The notes under the pieces were generated by a model. That model saw only the letters and a list, made by a program, of their open reading frames with translations. It had not been told where the DNA came from and ran no database searches. A stretch of 60,353 nucleotides of DNA, the filler included, from Squatina squatina (Eukaryota), in NCBI GenBank assembly GCA_031763465.1. It is 4 parts of 4 records of this genome, joined end to end, with 100 filler letters (N's around TTAATTAATTAA, not from the genome) between each part and the next. Parts side by side here need not be neighbours in the genome. Positions count along the whole stretch, not along the records: positions 25,748 to 38,951 come from JARFOE010000100.1; positions 39,052 to 60,353 come from JARFOE010000176.1; 2 more parts are not named here. One strand, given 5' to 3'. The translations under genes were made by a program, and so were the position numbers. The stretch's first letter is position 1, and every line of letters begins with the position of its first letter. Shown here piece after piece: positions 37,846-48,650 of the stretch.

Positions 37846-38799
37846 GTAGACTGGGGAATGTGGTTGAAGGATAGGGGCATTGGGGGAGCCACAGAGCAGG
37901 ACATGGGGATTGGGGAGAGAAGAGGACTTCTGCAAGGGGAAGCGAGGGAGACTGAGGGCGGGGAGAACAGCATTTCCTGCAGAGCTGAGAATGTGCTTGA
38001 TCTGAGGGCTATTTAGACTGTGGGACCCTTCACCACAAGTGAGGTAGAGACTAAAACACCCAGTCTCTTCCAGTCGTTATAATCTTTTCTTTGATAGACA
38101 TACATGGCAGGCTGGAAACATTAACATTAAAAAACTCAAAAAGTAAATGTGCGAAATGAAAAAATACAAGTTGGGACAACTAGGCAAATACATTTTTTGA
38201 ACTTGAAAATCTTTGACATTTCTTAGAAAAGTGAGAACCTTGAAACCTCTAAACTACATGTGCAAATAGGATTTGCAACAGAAAACAGAACTAATTTACT
38301 GACAATGTCTATAACCTAATGATTGAAATAATTTCTATGAACTAAAGGGAACACTGAACTGAGTTTCAGTTGTTAATGTTCTTAGGCAGAAGGCACACAT
38401 TTAGTTTAGAAGCCCTGCTGATTAAGTGTTCAAATACATTAAAATGTCATAATACTAACTGTCTGCAACCATAAATAAATATTTTTAAGCATTTTACAAA
38501 CTGCTAGAAACAGCTGATGCTGTAAAAATGTTCAATTTCTGTATTGGGCTTAAAATCAGAATCCCTTCGAGTATAGAGTGACTGCTTTTGGTAGTTGAAA
38601 TATATTAAGAAGGGTTGGTGTGATGGAAGAACGATATCAAATATACTTCTGGCCAGCTGGTGTGGGAGCTGCTATAGAGGGTTCCAGTGAACTGAAACAT
38701 CGAGGTGCGCAGATGGTGAAGAACTTGACAGAAGTACATTAAAGGGAACTCAGATTCCATTGGGAGCTGTGAATATTGTTTTAAAAAATAAAAGTGTTC

Positions 38800-38951
38800 C
38801 AGGAGTTTTTTTCTCTCTCTGTTTACACCCATCTAGTTAATGTGCTTTGCAATGCTGCCATTACCATCTCTGATTGTCTGGAATGTCTTCTGCATTCCAG
38901 ACAATCACACTATTATGTTACCCTTTGTCCTTCCCTCTCCCTTCCCACCCA
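38800..38951 (+). mobile_element. Penelope-like 3' UTR fragment
   Basis: TGTTTACACCCATCTAGTTAATGTGCTTTG is the reverse complement of sequence at about 31259-31289. Confidence 0.75.
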
Positions 38952-38995
38952 NNNNNNNNNNNNNNNNNNNNNNNNNNNNNNNNNNNNNNNNNNNN

Positions 38996-39007
38996 TTAAT
39001 TAATTAA
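38996..39007. other. Artificial scaffold linker TTAATTAATTAA
   Basis: Same N44-linker-N44 structure as at 12402. Confidence 0.95.
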
Positions 39008-39383
39008 NNNNNNNNNNNNNNNNNNNNNNNNNNNNNNNNNNNNNNNNNNNNAATCAAATACACATTTCCAAGACCTCCTCCGTGCGGTGACGTACCTACA
39101 TTGCCAAGCTGTTCAACAGCCTCTCAAAATCCCATGGAATCTGGGTTAGTTGAATAAAAGTGAAGTGCTCCAGAAGCAGTTAGTGAAACGCCCCCTTACG
39201 CCTCAGAATCCAAAATCAGACAGATCTTAATACTTCTCTTCTAAATTCCTCTTTTACAGTTTGGTCAGATCCCAAGCCAATTTGCCTCTGCTGCTGTCTC
39301 AAACTCCCAACAGTGGATTTATACCACAGACCACTTCAAGTCCTTCAGATGAGATGCTAAACAGAGTCCCTTCNNNNNNNNNN

Positions 39384-39645
39384 AGTCCCTTCTCCAGGCT
39401 CTGGCGGATGTTAAAGATCCCTTCACGATTCGATTAACAGCAGGGAATTCTCTTGCTGTCCCTGCCAACATTCCTTCCCTAGCCAACACCACCAGAAACA
39501 CATGAACCAGTCATTTATCCCAATGCCATTTGTGGCATTTGCTGGCACATATTGGCTGCCGAGTTTGTCAGTGCAACAGACACGACACCGCAAAAAAAGT
39601 TATTCACTGCGCGAACTGCTTAGAGACGTTTCAAAATGAGGTTCC
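39384..39645 (+). mobile_element. DeuSINE (SacSINE1-like) body, diverged
   Basis: GGATGTTAAAGATCCC...GCAGGGAATTCTC...GCCAACATTCC...ATTGGCTGCC, colinear with 22621-22900. Confidence 0.65.
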
Positions 39646-40579
39646 ATGTTGATTATTAATACCTTGGGTGCTCCCAGTGCTGTGGAATCTCACCACTTTA
39701 TATTACTAAGTGGATTCCACAGCGCTGAAGCAACAGTCAAAGAACTACCCACACCAAAACCTGCAGTTGTTTGCGGCGGGGCTGTGACCCATGTGAAACA
39801 TGTAATTTATCCCTCACCATTTAACAATGGAAAAAGCAATTCACCCAGGCAGATCAGCCAGGACCTTCATTCCCAAACCCTGATCACCCTCACCCCGCCT
39901 CCAAACAACCACCACCACCACACACAGCATTTTTGTTATTAGTAATGTGCACTGCCTTTCTTTGTTTCCTAATTTAATAAATCATGCTTTTAATAAAAAC
40001 TGCAAAAATATAAAAAGAGCCCCCTCTCCCCCGCAACAAGCGTTACCGTGGCAGCAGATCGACAAACCTTCTTGACAAACAAAAGCAGCCCCTTTCGCTC
40101 CAGGCATCCTCGGCTACTTTCCAAATTACAGGCTGCAAATTTCAAAGATCACGCAGTGTCACAGCGATTGTAGCAGCTCCTTTCACAACCTAATACCTAA
40201 AAATATTTGCTAAGACACCATCACACAAAGCACTCAAAAGTGGAAGCCTGCCAACAGGATAGCAGTTTTTATTAAAGACTATGGGGGTCCAACAGCAAAC
40301 AAAAAAAAATACAATTTAAAAAGCCATGGGGAAGCCCCAGTCTAATCTACCCTGGCATATACGCGCGCACGCACGTGCACGAACACACACCCCTACCTAG
40401 CTGCTGGAAGTTCTTAGACAGCAGCTGGACTGAGAAGGAAGACAAAATAACAGACAACTTGGGAATTAAAAAGGAAACAAGGGTAATTTCTGTGAAGATT
40501 GGAACCAGATTCATAATCAAGAGGAAAGAGAGTGGCTCCCTCACTCCTCAAAAGGGTAAAGATACTACGTGGTTTGACA

Positions 40580-40722
40580 AGTTCCCCTCCAAGTTACACG
40601 CCATCCTGACTTGGAAGTCCATCACCGTTCCTTCATCGTCACTGGGTCAAAATCCTGGAACTCCCTCCTTAACAGCACTGTGGGAGTTCCTTCACCACAC
40701 GGACTGCAGCGGTTCAAGAAGG
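40580..40722 (+). mobile_element. Non-LTR retrotransposon 3' ORF2 fragment
   Basis: Encodes SFIVTGSKSWNSLLNSTVGVPSPHGLQRFKK, a WNSLP-type ORF2 C-terminus. Confidence 0.7.
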
Positions 40723-42247
40723 NNNNNNNNNNNNNNNNNNNNNNNNNNNNNNNNNNNNNNNNNNNNNNNNNNNNNNNNNNNNNNNNNNNNNNNNNNNNNN
40801 NNNNNNNNNNNNNNNNNNNNNNCTTTTCTAGTCTCGAGTAGATTATGAAGTTATTCTTTTAGGTTGAAAAAATATCTAAATTCTGGCAACCTCATATCTG
40901 CCATTTGAAAAATATCTTATTTCATACGTCTTCTATTTGTTTTGTACTATACCTACCTTATCAGCTTCGTGCAACATACTTACAGTGCAGCATCCTAAGT
41001 TAATTGTACTCAAATTCAACTTCTGGCTGGCAGTACCGTGATCACTCCCACTTGCTCAGTGTGGAGTTTACCCTGAGCAGGGATGATTCATTAATACAGG
41101 TCAACGGTTCAGATTTGGCATTATAGTATCTTATTACATTTGGCCTTCTTGGGATTGTAGAGATAGTGGTGGGTGGAACCCCTTCTTGTGCACTTTGTGA
41201 GTGCCATTGGTTACACTTGATTCATTCACATTTAGTCAGTTGGATATTTAATTGGCAACTTAACAGAAAAGCAGCTATTTAAGCCAATCAGGATTTTGGG
41301 GCATATTTACAGATGCAATGGCTTTGAAAGGTGGATGAGTGCTCGATTGAAAGCTTTTAATTTTCTAGATTGATCCTGCAAAATTAGTTTCCAAAATAGA
41401 AGTAAGTTGTACTGCAAATAATTCAGCACCAACATGCTTTACCTGGATGAGCACAAAATTGACTTTAGTGCAGAAAGTTTGTGTGACCTACCACTTGCCA
41501 CCTCCTGAAACTTCAGTGGGTGAATGGGGAATTCCCTCCAGGATTGTGGGGCTGCATCATCAGCAATGAATGAGTTAAGTGTTAACCCATCCAAGCTGAA
41601 ATGCAGACACTGATATAAATGCAGATCACACAGTCCAGTGAACAGCTGTAAGCTTACCAACAGATAAAAGATGTTTGTTCTTGTTTCTTCCCCACTACTG
41701 CTGTTTACTTTGTCCAATCACAGCTGTCAGAACTGTATATAGAGCCCATGCCAAGAATTTATGATTTATGTCTTAACAATGGGAAAAACGATGTATATTT
41801 TCTGTGGTGTGTAAAATTGCATAATTTATTGTGAAGATGTTGGGAATCACCAAGTGATACTGACATGATAGTGATCTGTTTATTGCCCGTTTTGTTTTAT
41901 TGATGCCCAGTTGTTTTTCTTCTTTCTCATGGGAAACCTTTAAACCAATAGTTGAAATATTAGTGCCACTTGTAGGCTGGAAGACTGTGTTGTATGACTG
42001 TATAAAATAATGTCATAATGTTTGGAAATTTGCTAAGTTTATTGCAGCACACATTAGTGACCTGTCCCAGTCTTTTACAGACACACTTTGTTCCTGTTCA
42101 TAGTCTGTTCCCCATAAAATTGCCTCCACTTTTCAAGAGTAGTATTATTTAAGTTGTTTTGAAATATTGGTGTGATCGACACAGGGTTGTGAATATCCAG
42201 GAAATGCAGTGTGTTTTTTTACATTTTAAAATAATAATAAAACAATG

Positions 42248-42420
42248 AATGGCACAGTAGGTTAGTGAATTCCTTGTTAATCTCTCGGAATTAGATTTGA
42301 GTTCAACACACACCGATGGAATGGCAGTCTCCCTGCAGTGGCTGTTAAGAGCCTGTGCAAAATGAATTTCGGTGGATGTCTGTCCATACCAAAGAACTGC
42401 TTAGAAATTGCTCGTCTTCT
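42248..42420 (+). mobile_element. LF-SINE-like fragment
   Basis: GGCACAGTAGGTTAG head and GGCTGTTAAGAGCCTGTGCAAAATGAATTT core, similar to 52340-52370. Confidence 0.45.
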
Positions 42421-42794
42421 TTAAGAGGTTATGATATTGGTTGGTGTGGGAATTGTAGGATTTACACCAGTTTAATGAGGTGTATTCTTCGAAACCTGTG
42501 GTCAGAGCATAAATTTTCAAACTGGTGTCCACAGACCAGAGAGGATCTCTGATCTTGGATCTGCAAGCTCATGAAATTTGCATCTGGACGTTATGCAAAG
42601 AGTCTCCAGAATTCTTCATCTCCATAGTGATGCCAGACCAATGGTCCCTATCCCCATGCTGCTAAACCACAGCACCCTCACTACAGTGCTGCCAAACTGC
42701 AGGACTCCACCTGAGTGTTGTCAAAGCCCCAGACCGCTGCCAGTGGTACAGGCAGGGCCAACGTGCAGCTAAATTCCACTCCTGGTATCCACAA

Positions 42795-42885
42795 TTATAG
42801 AATCCTAAACATACAAAACAGAAGAACCCTTCGTGTCTGTGCCGGCTCTTTGAAAGAGCTATCCAATTCGTCCCACTCCCTTGCT
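42795..42885 (-). mobile_element. CR1-type LINE 3' tail
   Basis: Reverse complement GGGAGTGGGACGAATTGGATAGCTCTTTCAAAGAGCCGGCACAG, similar to 28355-28400. Confidence 0.65.
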
Positions 42886-45800
42886 CTTCACTCCGGTTGG
42901 AGCTCCTGGGCAATTTATAAGAGTCTCTTCTGCCTCCAAACATTAAAAAAAATGGAGTGTCTCCTGACGGCGAACTGGAAGGTGTGCAAATTTAACATAG
43001 TGGGCACATGTAAAAAATAACGATCATAACGGCTTGGTAATTAGCATCTTCTCTCTCCTGCACTAATCTGGGCCCTTAAACTTCTGGAGATCATTCCCTT
43101 CCTCAATCTTCCCTTCCTGTGACAATCCACAGGTGTTTAAAAGCCAAATGTGCTGTCACCTCCCCTCGTATTCTTGTTCCTTCTCAACCTCTGGTATCAC
43201 TGCCCTTTGCTCTTCACCCTGCATTGTCAATTTAAAAACAATTAACCTATTATCACTTGTCAGGGCTGTCAGCAAGGGAGCTGTTCGGAGACACTAATCA
43301 GAAACACTGAGGCAGATCACAATCCCGTTTCAAACAAGTGGTTTATATCTGAATAAATTCTACAATTCATGCAATTAATACATTAAACTACAAATGAACA
43401 AGTTTTTTTTATCCACTTCTTTATTCCTCATTTTGGGAAGTCCAGCAACAACAAACAAAAAAAACACTGGAACTGTGCCTGCGCAATGACTCCCAGTTCG
43501 TTGGCAGCAGGCGTGTCCTTTTGTCATGAGCTTTAAGATTGCTAGATGGGTTTGTTTTTGTTTTTCTTGTACTAGTTGAACAGATTACACTGCTTTTTTA
43601 ACCAATTAAAGTAGAATTACTTTCTGTCTCATGACTATCCTTTGTTCTGATTGAAAGAAATAAAGGACTCTTCAGCCACTGGTAAATTATATCTTCAGTA
43701 ATGCAAGGCTGTAAATCATCTGTACAAAGCGATTTATGTTAAATGGGTGCCATCACTTCGAAGTTTTCTTTCCAATGTACATGAAGTGATGATTGTGGAA
43801 TTTATTTTGTTGAGCTTTAATTTCCCCGCTGTGTCCGTGAACAAATTTCTTACAGCTGATTGACTTACATTTCAGTTATAAAGCAGCACCAAATCGCAAC
43901 TCAAGAAGTAGAAAACTTAACTGATGGACATGTAGAACGAAGGAATGAAAACCATCGATTACAAGTTCAAAGATACTAATCAACAAAAAAAAGGCAATCC
44001 GTTTAGTTACTAATTTAAAAAAAAAAGGGCTAACCAAATGGCTGTAAATATATTTCAAAATGCTTTTGGCCACCATCCTGGAAGTGAGTTAAGAAATACA
44101 GTAGTTTAAATAAGATTTCTAATTTTTATTAATAAAGACCAAAATCATAAATTCACAGTTATCAAACTCGCCCATATGATAACCTTTCCTGTATTTTAAA
44201 TATGTCAACCAATGTTTTCTGCAGGGCTTGGGTTTGTGGTCTTCCCAGAGTTGTCATTCTGCCAGCTAAAGAGGCAACAAACAACTACCACTCTAAGTGC
44301 CATTAGTTCCCAGCAAGTTATAGTCTTCAGTCTGGATAAGCATTGTGGTTTTAAAAACTTGCCAGTATGTTTTTCTGTGATTTTCTGCAGCCAATCTGTG
44401 CCATACAAACTGAAGCTTGAGGAGAGGCAGGTTGTAATAGCAATTAAGTCTTTTTCCTGAAGACTTCAAAACAAGGTAAAGCAGGAACTGTGGAATAGTT
44501 TTGAAACTGAAAAGCTGTTTCTAAGAAATTAATTTTACAAACAGTATGTGGGGGAGATGTACAGAGGACAAAGTCTCCGATATCATGAAAGAGGGAAAGA
44601 AAGACTTGCATACTTGAAAATAGGGTATATAAACTGTAAAGAAGAAAGGAGACAGAATCCAGTAGAAATCTGCACCAAGGCTGAGAGTTGCAGAGAAACC
44701 CAGCTTTAATCAGTAGCGTATTATTAAAATGCTGTGTGCTGCCTCGCACAGCCGCCCGTAAGAACTGGTCATTCAGTCAGCAAGTGATCAGTTCATGGCA
44801 GTTTTAAAATGAGAGTTTTGATTTAAATTGCTGGTCAGTGGAGAAAGCGCTGACCATAGCAGCTGTTCAAATAATCTGTTGGAAATTTCCCTTAATTTTA
44901 GGCTGATTGAGAAGCAGATTACGAGCATCTTAAAACATTCTGCTGAACAAAATGACTCTTTGGCCAGTGTAGAAAAGTCTATCCTGCAACATCATATGAG
45001 TAGCACTGTGGAACATATGCTGGTATACTTATGAAAAGATTCAGCATATTATGTTTCCCAAGACATCATTTCTGTGTCACAACTTGGTGTTGTATATAAA
45101 ATATAAATTTCAGTGGCTCAAATTTTATCTTCATAAAACATTAAGAACAGAAACAAATCACAGCTAAGAAGTTGGAAATGTATAAATCAAAATTAGGAAA
45201 TAGAGTAAGCAAATTCTACCAATAAAAGAAAGCAGATGGGAACAAATCAAATTGCTCCATATCGTTTCTCAGCATTTTTTATTCTCTCCGCTTTATCCTC
45301 GCTCTCGCTCTCTCCTCTTCCCCCACCCCCTCCAAGTGTGTTAGTTTAGGTAGTTCAGTACAAATGANNNNNNNNNNAGTAAATGACCTAACTCCTTCAG
45401 AATAGATAGCAGCACATGTCCATGATTTTAGGGTTCTTGCGTTCTGCCATCTGATCAACCATCTCCTGTGTGGTCTGGTTTCATGTCAACATGCTTGGTG
45501 TTTTAGTACAACATAGCATCACGACGCAGCAGCACAGGACCAGCTCAGCATTAATATTGTTAATTGGCAGCCTTTGAAGTTGATTCATTTTGCATCGCTG
45601 GCATGACTACAGTCGTATAATCAAGCTGTAACAGCAAAAGAACACTCAGCACATTACCCATGTGACTCTGGACCTGAATGATGAGAACTCTAAACATGTG
45701 TGGACAAGACACTTTACAGGGAGTCAGAAGAACATCCACGTCCAATGGGTCTATAGGAGACTGATGGCGGGCTTAATTTTACAAATGGGAGAACCACAAG

Positions 45801-47060
45801 GGGAGGCCATTTTGACTTCATGCTCCCAGAACTCAGTACATAGAGCTGCTCCATAAACCTATCTTGATGTTCCCATTTACTGGATTGCTATTCACAGTGT
45901 AGGAAAATACGTAGGAGTACTGTTTCTGTGAAGCAATGATACACCAGCGTAGTTCTTGTCAAAAAATGCGGGTAACTTAGCTGCGTTTCTGATTTCAGCA
46001 ACTTTGTAGGATACAGTAGAAAGCAAAAATAAAGTTACTGACTCTTCAGCTTTGTGCAGGTGGATTTCTGTATTTCCTTTTCAGGAAAACGAGTACTGCG
46101 GGTGTAGTTGTGACCCACTGCTGAAGCAATACAAAATGGCAGCACATTCATCATCATTTCGTTTTGAAAGCAATTTGTGCTGGGGTCAGGAGGCAAATGT
46201 TGCAGCAGTCGAATGGCAGTCAGTAATTAGCAGCAGGAATAAGGAGACTCTTTGTTTCAGGTTGTTGCTTCGTTCTCTGGAAGGGGATGCTTTACTTACC
46301 TTGCACAGGCTTCAGATAACACTAATTAGGGAGCAAACGGAGAACCAGGGATGATCAAAAGGAAGGAACTCTGTAGCAGGATTTTCAATGAACTTTTTAC
46401 AAAGACTAGCATAGTTCTGCTTGTTGCTAAAATAGCCCTAAGTACTGCTTGCCAAATACTGTAATTAACAGCTCATCTACTAAATGAGTACAATAACGTT
46501 AGTGTTTCATGAAAATAACCAATGCAGTAGGTCTCCAGCAACTCATTATACACATGATCTGGGGATTAAGTCATGTCTGTTTACGTGAGGAGCACTTGTG
46601 CATGCAATATTTTTTTTCTTGCAAGAGCTGGTGAATTCTTGTCGCTCTTGATCAGTCGTCCATTTTGAAAGGGAAGAGGTTGCAATGTGCTGCTTTACCG
46701 ATCTGTAGAGTTTCTTCNNNNNNNNNNTTCAAGTAGCTGTTTCCCCCAACCTTAAGGTCCCTTCAAAATGTTCAACATTAAATACACTGTGATTGGCTAG
46801 TGTAGGGAAACTTTCACGGTTGAACAGTGCTCCTACACAGGGCACTGGTAAAAGAGCCTGAAGTTTGATTTGGAGGTGGGAGGAATCAAAAATTCCCTTC
46901 ATGGATTTTAATTCGAATTGTACTGGAAATACAATCACGATCCACTGATCGTCTCTCTTTNNNNNNNNNNNNNNNNNNNNNNNNNNNNNNNNNNNNNNNN
47001 NNNNNNNNNNNNNNNNNNNNNNNNNNNNNNNNNNNNNNNNNNNNNNNNNNNNNNNNNNNN

Positions 47061-47298
47061 CAGGTTGTGGTCGGCGAACAGGTTCTTCTTGGTAACGAAT
47101 AATTTCTTCCACTCTTTCTTCTATTTCGTCCACCAGCTGACGCTGCCGAGGGTCAAAAAGCGAGCCCTGTGTGCCCGAAGCCCAACTTAGTTCAAACGCG
47201 GTCCTTAGCCGGTGATAGCTGGTGGACAAGTCCAGAATCAGAAGCGCTAAAGTGAAAAAGAGGGCTGCGGAAACAGGCACGAGCCAAGGCTTTCTCAT
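47061..47298 (-). CDS. Probable first coding exon of an unidentified type II membrane protein
   Basis: GCCGCGATG start. Encodes MRKPWLVPVSAALFFTLALLILDLST (signal anchor), then a coiled-coil-like stem QRQLVDEIEERVEEIIRYQ. CpG-rich and open up to the gap. Confidence 0.65.
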
Positions 47299-48208
47299 CG
47301 CGGCAATCCTGTACCGGGCCACCGCTGAAAGGGCATCACTGGATCTGATTGTAACCGCCTCTCACAGTAAACCCAACTGTTCTAAGTCCATGTCAGTTAT
47401 CCGATCTTTCCAACAGCACCCCGGAGGCGTGTCTCCCACCTGCTCCTCCCACCTCATTATCCAGGCGTGTCACTGTACTGATCATTAACTGTAATTTACA
47501 TTTTCGTTTCTTGCCATTTCATTGTTACGTTATTTGAGGAAAGGGTTGGCTGTGAGACATTTAACACGCCAGGTCCATTGCTACTGGCGAGATATGTCCT
47601 GTTTGTCTTTGAAAATTATGGTTAAAAACTTGTTTTTTTTTAAAGATCCAGCAGTGGTAATGCCTGTTGCATAAACACTAAACACTTGTAACCAAAAGAG
47701 CTGATGGTGTCGGGTCTCAGAGTCTTTTACTTGGTGATGCCATCTCCCGATCAAGACCTTGATGTGTGCTTCCAGAATAAGGCCTTTGATCACATTAACT
47801 ATGGGGAAGACTGTCAGGGACATGCAGGGATAGGGCTTCACATGACTGTTGAATGAGTTAGTACCACATCACATATCTTACAACAAAATCTAATGTAGTT
47901 TTGTTTGGTGTATCTTGAGAAACTGAAGTGCTGACTGACACATTCTATTGCTCTTTTGCAACATGTTTTCCCAGCAACTAATCTATCTTGGTTCGTTGGT
48001 ATGGCTACCAGCAAGTATTGTCTAATTTCAATGCCGAGATATTTGAGAGAACCAGCTTGTACTAGATTTTTTTTGGCTACATCACAGCTGTACAAATAAA
48101 TGACTGAATTCTTGTGCCTGGTCACTGACGATTGTTAGAGGAGGAGGAAATGCATTAAGCGTTTGATTCTGCATTCTTTTAAATATTAAAATTGTGGTCT
48201 TTTTGCAG

Positions 48209-48288
48209 GCGGCGTCTCCCCACCATTATGGTAAAGCTGCGGATGGCCCAGAACCTGAAAACAGCAATTACCTTCATTGAGCAAGGAC
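48209..48288 (+). CDS. IMP3: IMP3 (U3 snoRNP protein, S4-like domain) internal exon
   Basis: 80-nt exon after tctttttgcAG. It encodes (R)[26 protein letters not shown](H), matching the IMP3 motif RRRLP..LRMAQ....F.EQGH. Confidence 0.9.
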
Positions 48289-48298
48289 GTATCCTTTT
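48289..48298 (+). promoter_or_regulatory. U12-type (minor spliceosome) 5' splice site
   Basis: GTATCCTTTT exactly at the exon end; the U12 donor consensus is RTATCCTTT. Confidence 0.85.
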
Positions 48299-48540
48299 CA
48301 AATATTCCCATTGGAAGTTTTTCAATGCTGCTTCATTTGTATTACAATTGATAACATTTAAAAAAAAGTTTTGAGTAGCCAGTGTGCTACAAACGGGAGA
48401 AAAAGAAGAAAGGCAGCATTTCCATTTTATACCAATTATGNNNNNNNNNNNNNNNNNNNNNNNNNNNNNNNNNNNNNNNNNNNNNNNNNNNNNNNNNNNN
48501 NNNNNNNNNNNNNNNNNNNNNNNNNNNNNNNNNNNNNNNN

Positions 48541-48650
48541 CGATGTCAGGCTAACTGGTCTATAATTCCCTGTTTTCTCTCTCCCTCCTTTTTTAAATAG
48601 TGGGGTTACATTAGCTAACCTCCAATCTGTAGGAACTAATCCAGAGTCTA
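48541..48650 (-). mobile_element. CR1-type LINE RT N-terminal fragment
   Basis: Encodes WRLANVTPLFKKGGREKTGNYRPVSLTS. Confidence 0.9.
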
